A stretch of 64,000 nucleotides of DNA from assembly GCA_964627055.1 (NCBI GenBank), contig CAZVGV010000001.1, forward strand, positions 19,620 to 83,619, written 5' to 3'. Every line of letters starts with the position of its first letter. The first letter of the stretch is position 1. Positions 11,017-21,100 of the stretch are shown in pieces. The DNA comes from an uncultured Gammaproteobacteria bacterium. GTDB taxonomy: Bacteria; Patescibacteriota; Patescibacteriia; Magasanikbacterales; JBBTQS01. Both the position numbers and the translations under genes were made by a program. The notes below the pieces were generated by a model. It saw only the letters and a list, made by a program, of their open reading frames with translations, was not told the origin of the DNA and did not search any database.

Positions 11017-11736
11017 TTACGGTGCAGGTGCAAGCACGATCGGTGTGGATGTCGTGGTTGCGGGTGCGTCAGCAGGGGATGTTGGTGTATTTTGTGGCAA
11101 GAACACGGTCATTCGCTCTGTTGTTGATCCTCCGAACTTCTTTTTTGCTTGGATAATGAGGGTGTTCATTCCCGTGCGCAACGGAACTTCCTGACGAAAG
11201 TCGCCTTGCGAGTCTGCTAATACGGTAATCCCATTAATTTGGAGTGTTGCGGTTGTATCGGTGAGTCCAGAGATTGTAACACGTGACTCTGCAACGGTAG
11301 ATCCAGATTCCGGGGAAAGTATTGTGAGCATCGGTGGGCGAACAAGTGCATAAACTTGAAACCCGAGGTAGCCAACAATGGCAGCGCATCCGATTGTAAG
11401 CGCGGCGAACCGAGGTGAAAAACCAGAGGCCTTATGTCCAACTTCGCACTCCTTCCACTGCCCAGGTGTTGCATCAATAATGAGTGCCGTATCTGTTTCG
11501 TAGTCGCTAAGTGGAGCTCCAAGAACAGTGAGGATCTTCTGTACGATCGCACGGCGATACATGCCTTCAGGGAGTCGATCGTACTCGCAGGCTTCTAGTG
11601 CACGCAAATGATGGAGCGGTACGTGAGTAGCCCGCGCCAATTCTTCTAATGTATATCGAGATTCTTTACGAAGCGCCTGTATTCGGATACACAATGCGCC
11701 CTCACGCGGAAGTTGCTTCTTTTGAAGCGTTGTCAT
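11017..11736 (-). CDS. RodZ-like HTH membrane protein
   Basis: XRE-type HTH ([17 protein letters not shown]), one TM helix, C-terminal Ig-like beta domain; directly downstream of ftsK. Confidence 0.75.
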   Translation of the reverse strand: MTTLQKKQLPREGALCIRIQALRKESRYTLEELARATHVPLHHLRALEACEYDRLPEGMYRRAIVQKILTVLGAPLSDYETDTALIIDATPGQWKECEVGHKASGFSPRFAALTIGCAAIVGYLGFQVYALVRPPMLTILSPESGSTVAESRVTISGLTDTTATLQINGITVLADSQGDFRQEVPLRTGMNTLIIQAKKKFGGSTTERMTVFLPQNTPTSPADAPATTTSTPIVLAPAP

Positions 11737-14092
11737 ACGGTGGTTCGTCGTCGACCGTCGATGCCTCGTCTTCCTCATCTTCCACAATCACGTCATCGCC
11801 ATCTTCCTCAATCATGTCCATAGATGGCGCATGCAAATCGGAGGTTGGAATGGAAGAGAGTGGAGCATCAGTTGCATCCATTGTAGCAAGTTCCTTCGCT
11901 GTGATCAAAATTTCACGTGGTTTTGCACCATCACCCGGCCCAATAATGCTGGCCTCCTCGAGTTCGTCCAGAACGCGAGCAGCACGTGCATACCCAAGTT
12001 TGAGTCTGCGCTGCAACAGTGAAGCAGAGGCTTTGCCCTCGCGCACCACGAGATCGCGTGCCTCATCAAAGAGTGGATCGTGATCATCATCCTGGCTGCC
12101 AAAAATAGTAGATCCTGTGCCGCCACTGCTTGGACCCTTTTCTGCGATGCTTAAATCGTATTGAGGTGGTTCGTCTTCCTTCACGTAGTTTGCAACCGCC
12201 TTGAGTTCAGTGTCACTGATGTACGCACCCTGGAGACGCTTTGGTTTTCCGAGGTTAGGACTGAGGAATAACATGTCACCACGGCCAAGGAGCTTTTCTG
12301 CACCAGAGATATCGAGAATAGTTCGTGAGTCTACGAGAGAAGCTACCGAGAAGGCAACACGACCCGGGATGTTGGCCTTGATAAGACCTGTGATAACGTC
12401 GACACTTGGTCGTTGTGTCGCGAGAATCAAGTGGATACCGACGGCGCGTGCCATTTGTGCGAGGCGCACAATGCCGGCTTCAACCTCTTTGGGAGACGTG
12501 GTCATGAGGTCAGCCAACTCGTCGATTACGAACACAATGTATGGAAGTTTTTCCTTAGAATCTGCGTTATAGGAAGCAATGTCTCGCTTGCGTGCTGCTG
12601 CAAGCAGATCGAAGCGACGTTCCATTTCTGCAATCGCCCAGCGTAACGCGTTAATGGTCTTCTTTACATCGGTGATAACCGGTGTGAGCAAGTGTGGAAT
12701 TCCGTTGTAGAGTGTCAGTTCAACACGCTTCGGATCTACGAAGATGAAGCGCAGGGTTTCCGGAGTGTTCTGATAGATAAGACTCAAAATAATGGAGTTG
12801 ATGCACACCGTCTTACCAGAACCAGTTGCACCTGCAACGAGCATGTGTGGCATCTTTGTCAGCTCTGCAAACCATACGTGGCCTCCAACATCCTTACCGA
12901 GCGCGATCATCATGTTGTTGTCGCGATTGCGGTATACGTCAGACTCGAAGAGCTCTTTGAGCGTGACCATGGCAATACGCTGGTTTGGTACTTCAATACC
13001 AACGTACGATTCACCAGGAATTGGTGCTTCGATACGGATTGGATGTGCCGCCAATTCGAGTGCCAAGTCGTTCGAAAGTGCCGTGATGCGCGAGAGCTTG
13101 ATACCGCGCATTGGCTTCACTGCGTACTGCGTAATTGTTGGACCAACGCGGACGTCACCCAATTCAACATCCACACCAAATTGTGCAAGAGTGTCTTTGA
13201 TTGCCTGTGCATTTTTCTTAATATCGCCGGCAGTTGGCTTGCTGGAGTTCGTGGTCAGAATAGAAACAGGTGGAAGACCTTTGGTGCTCACCACAGAATA
13301 AGGGTTTGCGCGCAGAGTGCCCGTCTTGGCTGTTGCAGGCGCCAGGCGAGCTGGTTCGTCATGGGTTTCCTCTGCATCGTCCTCTTCCTCTTCTTCCTCA
13401 CCGTCAGGTTCCTCAGCAGCAGCTTTCTTACTGGCTGCATCACCCAGCTTCTTGTTCTGGAATGCAGGTGCTTCTGCGTCATCATCACCTTCGAAGGCAC
13501 CGATAACGCGAACACGTTCTACTTTGCTAGGCTGTAGTGCCGATCCGAAGAAACGGAATGGTGCGGTAAGAAAACGAAACACGCCGTAGAAAAACTGTGC
13601 AATAGCCGAGAGTGTTGTGTTGAACAAGAAAAGCAGGGCGACGAGGGGCAAAATAATGAGGACAATAAGTGACACCCAAAAATCAAATGCCCGCATGAGC
13701 GGGTAACTGAGCACGAGTCCCACGAGACCACCTCCTTCGCCGCGTAAAGCAGCAGCCACCATGTCTGGATCTGCAAGGAAAAGGTGGATGAGCCCAGAAA
13801 GCGAAAGGGTCATGAGTGCAACGCCGATAATGTGGGTTGCACGATATCCATTCGCATCTTCACGCTCGATAAGTACTGCCCACACCACAAGTAAGAGAGG
13901 CATGATGTACTTTGCAATTCCGAAGAAGAGCGAAAAGAATGAATCTACAAATGTTCCGAGCATGCCTGCGCGACCGAAAAAGCTGAGCGCAGCAAGAATT
14001 GCAATAAGAAAGAGAAAAACCGCGAGAATACCCCGCTTGATTTCCGGATTGAGCGTAATGTTCCATCCAGAAGAAGATCGACGATGTGCCAT
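11702..14092 (-). CDS. ftsK: DNA translocase FtsK/SpoIIIE
   Basis: N-terminal TM helices, GATGSGKT, IDELADLM, LATQRPS, gamma domain ASLLQRRLKLGYARAAR. Confidence 0.97.
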   Translation of the reverse strand: MAHRRSSSGWNITLNPEIKRGILAVFLFLIAILAALSFFGRAGMLGTFVDSFFSLFFGIAKYIMPLLLVVWAVLIEREDANGYRATHIIGVALMTLSLSGLIHLFLADPDMVAAALRGEGGGLVGLVLSYPLMRAFDFWVSLIVLIILPLVALLFLFNTTLSAIAQFFYGVFRFLTAPFRFFGSALQPSKVERVRVIGAFEGDDDAEAPAFQNKKLGDAASKKAAAEEPDGEEEEEEDDAEETHDEPARLAPATAKTGTLRANPYSVVSTKGLPPVSILTTNSSKPTAGDIKKNAQAIKDTLAQFGVDVELGDVRVGPTITQYAVKPMRGIKLSRITALSNDLALELAAHPIRIEAPIPGESYVGIEVPNQRIAMVTLKELFESDVYRNRDNNMMIALGKDVGGHVWFAELTKMPHMLVAGATGSGKTVCINSIILSLIYQNTPETLRFIFVDPKRVELTLYNGIPHLLTPVITDVKKTINALRWAIAEMERRFDLLAAARKRDIASYNADSKEKLPYIVFVIDELADLMTTSPKEVEAGIVRLAQMARAVGIHLILATQRPSVDVITGLIKANIPGRVAFSVASLVDSRTILDISGAEKLLGRGDMLFLSPNLGKPKRLQGAYISDTELKAVANYVKEDEPPQYDLSIAEKGPSSGGTGSTIFGSQDDDHDPLFDEARDLVVREGKASASLLQRRLKLGYARAARVLDELEEASIIGPGDGAKPREILITAKELATMDATDAPLSSIPTSDLHAPSMDMIEEDGDDVIVEDEEDEASTVDDEPPYDNASKEATSA

Positions 14093-14128
14093 AGGCGAAA
14101 ATGTACGCCCAGTATAGCAAAAAGTAAT

Positions 14129-14303
14129 AAAAAAATCTCCTCCTTTGGGCTGCGAGTCGCTACCACACCAAGTTGAATCACACGAAAGGAGAAAGTGACT
14201 ACATACCCGTCAGGGTGTGTAGCGAGGAGAGAGTTGTACTTTCTCGTCTCTCACGTAATGCGGTGTATAGAGAATCGCAGCCCAAAAAAGAAGATCAAAT
14301 TGC
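14129..14303 (-). ncRNA. Candidate structured ncRNA B (multi-branch, ~170 nt)
   Basis: Own TTGACA-16-TAGAAT promoter (14337-14310); 21-bp closing stem 14295/14135 that pairs fully only on the minus strand via G-U pairs; three internal hairpins; U tract follows. Confidence 0.6.
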
Positions 14304-14340
14304 ATCCATATTCTACCGCGCACACCAACGATGTCAAGCA

Positions 14341-14637
14341 AACAAAAAGTGCCACCAAGGCGCAAGGCAGATGGGCATTGAATGGAGGATGTAAGGACCA
14401 AGACAGATGCCCGGGGGTGCCCTGCGCCCTAGCGGCACAGGCTTGTGGTGATTGTCCATCGAGAAATGTGCGGAGAGGAAACGATGGTGAGCAGCAACGC
14501 TACTCCCTGTCGCATCAGCGCCCTCAGCAGGTGATGTACAGCCGGAGCCGTTCATTCCTACGTCAGTTGCTACACACGTTCCATTTCGTGGTCCGTGCGC
14601 CCCTCTCCCCGCACCTTTCTCCATGGGATGAAAAGAA
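14341..14637 (-). ncRNA. Candidate structured ncRNA A (~170-nt core, up to ~295 nt to the terminator)
   Basis: TTGACA-17-TATATT with extended TG (14672-14644); ~22-bp closing stem 14626/14456; internal stems GCACG/CGUGU and GUAGCAAC/GUUGCUGC; downstream hairpins and U tract. Confidence 0.55.
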
Positions 14638-14694
14638 CGTCGGAATATACCACGCCCCTTGAGCCTTGTCAAGTACCCAGTGGACATTACAAAC

Positions 14695-14703
14695 TGTGGA
14701 TAA
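14695..14703 (-). promoter_or_regulatory. Consensus DnaA box between divergent promoters
   Basis: TGTGGATAA is the reverse complement of TTATCCACA. Confidence 0.5.
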
Positions 14704-14720
14704 ATACTAGGTTATCCCAT

Positions 14721-14749
14721 TTGACAGGGACAAATCAGTGCCGTATAGT
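14721..14749 (+). promoter_or_regulatory. sigma70 promoter of rpoBC
   Basis: TTGACA-17-TATAGT, about 170 bp upstream of the rpoB ATG. Confidence 0.75.
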
Positions 14750-14921
14750 AGTGCTCGACTCGCGGAGGAGCCTTTGGAACCTCTGCGTGCAAGGAAAATT
14801 CCATGTCAACCTTGCAGAAATTTGTCCAAAATTTGCGAGAATTTTAGAAAGAGCCCGATCGGTCGTCGGGTGATTTTTCGTATTTACCCCCTTGCCTATG
14901 CAGTACAAGCGCAACCGCAAC

Positions 14922-17900
14922 ATGGCGGCAGAGCGGAAGTATTTCACCTCCGTTCTCCCAGCGATGGAGACACCGGATCTGATTCAGATCCAAAACACGT
15001 CGTACAAGTGGTTCTTCGACAAGGGGATCCGCGAATTGTTCGAGGAAATTTCCCCGATCAAGGATTTCACAGGCCGTGACCTGGCGCTTTCGTTTGAGGA
15101 TTACTACCTCGACGAGCCGAAGTTCGACGAAATGCAGTGCCGAAAGAAGAACATCACGTTCGAGGCACCACTTCGCGTCAAGACACGTCTTGTGAACAAC
15201 CGCACCAAGGACGAGAAGGTGCAGGAAGTGTATTTGGGCGATGTACCTATCATGACTGACCGCGGTACCTTCATTGTGAACGGTATCGAACGTGTCATTG
15301 TTTCGCAGCTTATTCGCTCCCCAGGTGCGTTCTTCACCTCTGAGAACGTACGTGGACGCAAGTTCTACGGCGCAAAAATCATCCCAAACCGCGGTGCTTG
15401 GATCGAAATCGAAACCGACAGCAACAACGTACTTTGGGTAAAGGTAGACCGTAAGCGTAAGGTGGCTGCAACCACGCTCTTGCGTGCGTTTGGCTACTCG
15501 GAATCTGAAGAAATCCGCAAGCTCCTCAAGGACGTTAACACCCACCCACAGATTGACTACGTCGAGGCAACGCTCAAGAAGGACTCTGCAAGCAACGAAG
15601 ATGAAGGTCTCCAGGAAGTATACAAGCGTATTCGTCCAGGTGATCTCGCAACCGTAGACAACGCACGCTCGCTCATCCACGCGATGTTCTTCAACTTCGA
15701 TCGCTACGATCTCGGTCGCGTGGGTCGCTACAAGATGAATGAGCGCTTCTCCATGCCAACAGTTGAGGCAGACCTCGAAGGCAAGGCAGCGCGCACGACC
15801 CGTATTCTCACTAAGGAAGATATTCTTCGTATCATTCGCGAAGTGATCCGTCTCAATGTGAGCCAGGAAGAAGCGGATGATATTGACCACCTGGGCAACC
15901 GTCGCATCCGTGCGATTGGTGAGCTTGTACAGAACCGTTTCCGTATCGGTCTCTCTCGCATGGAGCGCATTGTGAAGGATCGCATGAGCACCTACGAGAT
16001 TGAAGGACTCACTCCAAGCAAACTTATCAACGCTCGCCCAGTGATCGGCGCAGTGCGTGAGTTCTTTATGAGCTCGCAGCTTTCGCAGTTCATGGACCAG
16101 ACCAACCCACTTGCAGAACTTGAACATAAGCGCCGTCTTTCGGCTCTTGGGCCTGGTGGTCTCTCCCGCGATCGTGCAGGGTTCGATGTTCGTGACGTGC
16201 ACCCAACGCACTACGGACGTATTTGTCCTATTGCAACTCCTGAAGGACCGAACATTGGTCTTGTAGGTCACCTTGCTTCATATGCAATCGTGAATGACTA
16301 CGGATTCATTGAGACTCCGTACCGTAAGGTAGTACAAGAGAAGGGTCGCGCACGCGTGACCGATGAAATCGTATACCTCAACGCATTCCAGGAAGAGAAG
16401 TCGGTAACCACTATTGCAACGACACCAGTAGATGAAAAGGGATACTTCATTGATACAAAGGCCCCAGTTCGCCGTCACGGTGAGCCAGGGTTCGAAGATG
16501 TGACCAACATCGACTACATGGATGTAGCAAGCAACCAGATTATCTCGATTGCTACCTCCATGATTCCGTTCCTTGAGCACGACGATGCAACGCGTGCGCT
16601 CATGGGAACGAACATGCAACGTCAGGCAGTACCATGTATCACACCAGACGCTCCATTTGTTGGAACGGGTGTAGAAAAGACTGCTGCGCGCTACTCTGGC
16701 CACGTACTCTTTGCAGAGGAAGATGGTGAAGTGGTGTCGGTAGATGGTACGCAGGTAACGATCAAGTACAAGAAGAAGGGTGAGAAGAAGATCGTGCTTA
16801 ACAAGTACTTGCGCAGCAACCACTCCACCGCAATCAACCAGCGTCCTATTGTACGCCCTGGTCAGAAGGTGAAGGCGGGTGACGCACTTGTAGATGGACC
16901 ATCCACAGAGAACGGTGAACTTGCTCTTGGTCAGAACGTACTTGTGGCATACATGGTTTGGGATGGCTTCAACTACGAAGACGCTGTCATTATTTCTGAG
17001 CGTCTCGTACACAACGATCGATTCACCTCGATTCACATCGAGGACTACATGGTCGATGTGCGCGAAACCAAGCTCGGGCCTGAAATGGTTACCTCTGATA
17101 TCCCGAACGTTTCGGAAGAGAAGCTGAAGAACCTCGACTCCGAAGGTGTTGTCCGCATCGGTGCAGAAGTGAAGTCCGGCGACATCCTCGTAGGTAAGAT
17201 CACACCAAAGGGCGAAACCGAACTTTCTGCGGAAGAAAAGCTACTTCGCGCGATCTTCGGTGAAAAGGCACGTGATGTACGTGACTCTTCGAAGTACCTC
17301 GAACACGGTGAACACGGTAAGGTAATCGAGATCAAGACCTTCAGTGCAGACGACGGCGACAAATTGCAGCCAGGTGTTATCAAGCAGCTCCAGGTTACGG
17401 TTGCTGACATGCGTAAGGTGCAGGTAGGTGACAAGGTTGCAGGTCGCCACGGTAACAAGGGTGTTATTTCCCGCGTTGTTCCAGTGGAAGACATGCCATT
17501 CCTTCCAGATGGTACACCTGTAGACATTATTCTCTCGCCGCTGGGTGTCATCTCGCGTATGAACCTCGGTCAGATTCTCGAGAACCATGCAGGTCTTGCA
17601 GCAAATGCGCATGGTCATCGCGTAGCTACGCCACCACTTAACGGTCTTACTGAAGAGCAGATCAAGGAGTTGCTTGAGAAGGCAGGCTTGCCAGTAAATG
17701 GTCAGGCGCAGCTTCTCGACGGCCGCACCGGTGAACCGTTTGATCACAAGACAACGGTTGGATACACGTACGTGCTCAAGCTCAACCACATGGTTGAAGA
17801 CAAGATTCACCAGCGTTCTATCGGACCATACTCGCTCGTATCGCAGCAGCCACTTGGTGGTAAGGCACAGTTTGGTGGTCAGCGCTTCGGAGAAATGGAA

Positions 17901-18176
17901 GTGTGGGCACTTGAAGCGTACGGTGCTGCAAATACCTTGCAGGAAATTCTTACGATCAAGTCAGACGATGTTCCAGGCCGCAGCAAGGCATACGAATCAA
18001 TTATCAAGGGCGAATCCATCACGCGCATCAACATTCCAGAATCCTTCCACGTACTTACACGTGAATTGAAGGGTCTCTGTCTCGATGTTGAATTGCTCAA
18101 GCGCGATGGCGACACGTATACCCCGCTCACCGAAGAGGAAGAGATGGGTGCATACGATGAAGATCGTTCACGCTAA
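14922..18176 (+). CDS. rpoB: RNA polymerase beta subunit
   Basis: FIVNGIERVIVSQL, SQFMDQTNPL, GRHGNKG, GQRFGEMEVWALEAYGA. Confidence 0.99.
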   Translation: MAAERKYFTSVLPAMETPDLIQIQNTSYKWFFDKGIRELFEEISPIKDFTGRDLALSFEDYYLDEPKFDEMQCRKKNITFEAPLRVKTRLVNNRTKDEKVQEVYLGDVPIMTDRGTFIVNGIERVIVSQLIRSPGAFFTSENVRGRKFYGAKIIPNRGAWIEIETDSNNVLWVKVDRKRKVAATTLLRAFGYSESEEIRKLLKDVNTHPQIDYVEATLKKDSASNEDEGLQEVYKRIRPGDLATVDNARSLIHAMFFNFDRYDLGRVGRYKMNERFSMPTVEADLEGKAARTTRILTKEDILRIIREVIRLNVSQEEADDIDHLGNRRIRAIGELVQNRFRIGLSRMERIVKDRMSTYEIEGLTPSKLINARPVIGAVREFFMSSQLSQFMDQTNPLAELEHKRRLSALGPGGLSRDRAGFDVRDVHPTHYGRICPIATPEGPNIGLVGHLASYAIVNDYGFIETPYRKVVQEKGRARVTDEIVYLNAFQEEKSVTTIATTPVDEKGYFIDTKAPVRRHGEPGFEDVTNIDYMDVASNQIISIATSMIPFLEHDDATRALMGTNMQRQAVPCITPDAPFVGTGVEKTAARYSGHVLFAEEDGEVVSVDGTQVTIKYKKKGEKKIVLNKYLRSNHSTAINQRPIVRPGQKVKAGDALVDGPSTENGELALGQNVLVAYMVWDGFNYEDAVIISERLVHNDRFTSIHIEDYMVDVRETKLGPEMVTSDIPNVSEEKLKNLDSEGVVRIGAEVKSGDILVGKITPKGETELSAEEKLLRAIFGEKARDVRDSSKYLEHGEHGKVIEIKTFSADDGDKLQPGVIKQLQVTVADMRKVQVGDKVAGRHGNKGVISRVVPVEDMPFLPDGTPVDIILSPLGVISRMNLGQILENHAGLAANAHGHRVATPPLNGLTEEQIKELLEKAGLPVNGQAQLLDGRTGEPFDHKTTVGYTYVLKLNHMVEDKIHQRSIGPYSLVSQQPLGGKAQFGGQRFGEMEVWALEAYGAANTLQEILTIKSDDVPGRSKAYESIIKGESITRINIPESFHVLTRELKGLCLDVELLKRDGDTYTPLTEEEEMGAYDEDRSR

Positions 18177-18187
18177 CGCTCACCACT

Positions 18188-21100
18188 ATGATGCATACCG
18201 ATACAATGCACACCATGGAATTTGACGCGATTCGCTTGCGCGTCGCTTCCCCCGAAGTTATTCGCGGTTGGAGCAGTGGTGAAGTTGCAAAGCCAGAAAC
18301 CATCAACTACCGCACCCAGAAGCCAGAAAAGGGCGGTCTCTTCGCCGAAGAAATCTTCGGACCAACGAAGGATTGGGAGTGTTACTGTGGTAAGTACAAG
18401 AAGATCCGCTACAAGGGGATTGTGTGTGACAAGTGTGGTGTAGAAGTGACGCACTCGTTGGTTCGCCGCGAGCGCATGGGCCACATCGAACTTGCTGCAC
18501 CAGTGGCACATATCTGGTTCCTCCGCTCGATTCCGTCGAAGATTGGTACTATTTTGGATCTCTCTATTCAGACATTGGAGAAGGTGATTTACTTCGCCAA
18601 CTTCATCGTGACTGATGTAGATACAAAGTTGCAGGAGGAGACGCTTGAGATGCTCAAGGAAGAATACAAGAGCAAGCGCAAGCAGATCATGGGCGAGTTC
18701 AAGCAGAAGGCAGATGCAGCGCGCGAGAAGAAGGGCGACGTAACAGCGGTAGAGAAGGAAGGCGAAGAAACGCTTGCAGCACTTGAAGAGGATTACGTGC
18801 TCACGGAGCGCGAAATCAAAGAGCTTGCTCCATTGCGCATTCTCTCCGAGACAGACTACCAGGAGTTGTCCATGCGTTATGGTCATATCTTTGATGCACA
18901 GATCGGTGCAGATGCAATTCAGTATCTCTTGAAGCGTCTCGACATTCCGAAGACCATTGAAGCACTTGAAGTAGAAGTGAAGGAGAACAAGACAGCAAAG
19001 CGCGATAAGTTGATCCGCCGTCTCAAGCTCCTCAAGTCACTTCACATCAACGAGATCTCTCCTTGGTGGATGATCCTCAACGTGATTCCGGTGATCCCAC
19101 CAGACTTGCGTCCGATGGTTGCGCTCGACGGTGGACGATTTGCTACGTCTGACCTTAACGATCTCTATCGCCGTGTAATCAACCGCAACAATCGTCTCAA
19201 GCGCTTGCTCGAACTCAATGCGCCAGAAGTTATTGTGCGCAACGAAAAGCGCATGTTGCAGGAGGCTATCGACGCGCTCATCGACAACGATGCACGTCGC
19301 AGCAAGACCGTTACAGCGTCGACCGGTCAGCGCCGCAAGCTTCGCTCCATTGCTGACCTTCTCAAGGGTAAGCAGGGACGCTTCCGCCAGAACTTGCTTG
19401 GTAAGCGTACTGACTACTCTGGACGTTCGGTAATCGTTGTAGGTCCGAACATGCAGATGAATGAGTGTGGTATTCCAAAGCGCATGGCATTGGAACTCTT
19501 CAAGCCATTCGTGATGAGTGAAATCATCAAGCGCGGTCATGCACACAACGTTCGCTCTGCATCACGATTTATCGAGGCAGATCACGATGAAGTGTGGGAC
19601 ATTCTTGAAGAAGTGACAGCGAATACGCGCGTACTTCTCAACCGTGCTCCGACCCTTCACCGTCTCGGTATCCAGGCATTCAAGCCACGTCTCATTGAAG
19701 GTAAGGCAATTCGTATCCATCCGCTCGTATGTACTGCGTTCAACGCTGACTTCGACGGTGACCAAATGGCTGTGCACGTACCACTTACCGAACAGGCAAA
19801 GTGGGAAGCGGAGCATCTCATGGCAGCAGAGCGCAACATTTTGAAGCCTGCAACTGGTCAGCCAATTGCAACACCAAAGCAGGACATCGTGCTCGGTGCA
19901 TTCTACATGACCACTATGCGCCCTGTAGAAGCTGATGTGCCGAAGGAAAAGATGAAGCGTTTTTCCTCTGTGCAGGAAGCCCGCCTCGCATACAAGATGC
20001 GCATTATCGCACTCCAGCAGCCTATCGAAGTGTACTTCGACGGCGCTGATTGCAAGCGCATTGGTGAAGGTGTGCCAACACGCATGGTGACCACGATTGG
20101 TCGCGTTGCGTTCAACGATGTGTTGCCAGCATCCCTTCCTTGGTACAACGAAGTAGTTACTGCAAAGAAGCTTGGTACGATCGTTCGTCTCGTGCTCGAA
20201 AAGGAAGGTGTAGAGAACACCGCACGCATGCTCGACGGTATTAAGGATCTTGGGTTCAAGTATGTAACCAAGTCTGGATACTCGCTCGGTATGGACGACT
20301 TCCCACGTGTTCCAGAAAAGCAGGCGTTGCTCGACGAAGGTGACAACTCCGTTGCCGAGATCGAAGAGCAGTACCAGGATGGTCTTCTCACCCAGAACGA
20401 ACGCTACACGAAGATCATCGGTGTTTGGACAGATATCAAGGATCGCGTTTTGAAGCACAACCGTAACTCGCTCCACCCATTTGGACCAGTATTTGCCATG
20501 ATTGAATCAGGTGCTCGTGGTTCATGGGGACAGCTGGGTCAGGTGATTGGTATGAAGGGTCTCGTAAGTAACCCAGCTGGTGACATTATCGAACTTCCAG
20601 TAAAGGGTAACTTCAAAGAAGGCTTCTCGGTACTTGAGTTCTTCATCTCGTCCCACGGTGTACGTAAGGGTCTTACTGATACTGCGCTTCGTACCGCTAA
20701 CGCTGGATACCTCACACGCCGTCTCGTAGACGTTGCACAGGATGTAGTGGTATTGGCTGAGGACTGCGGCACACTCGAGGGAGTTATCGTGACTCGCGAA
20801 GAGTCTGAGCGCGAAATGGGTGAAACACTCTCCGAGCGTGTACAGGGACGCTATACCATGTCTGATGTCGTGAACCCACAGACGAAGCAGCTCATTGTTG
20901 CAGGTGGCGAGATGATTCTCGAACCACATGCACGTGAACTCGAAGCGTCTGGTGTACAGGAAGTACACGTACGCACTGTCTTCAAGTGTCTCTTGCCTAA
21001 GGGTGTGTGCTCGCGTTGCTACGGCGTGGATATGGCGCATAACAAGCCAGCACAGATGGGTACCGCTGTTGGTATCATCGCTGCGCAGTCAATCGGTGAA

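Noticed and set aside
14195-14687. ORFs 14195-14662 (+) and 14334-14687 (-) as real genes
   Set aside because: No recognisable motifs; they cross predicted promoters and terminators; the AGGAG before GTG 14195 is only 3 nt away. Not formally excluded
14695-14720. Replication origin
   Set aside because: Only one consensus DnaA box, no box cluster or clear unwinding element, and no dnaA/dnaN nearby
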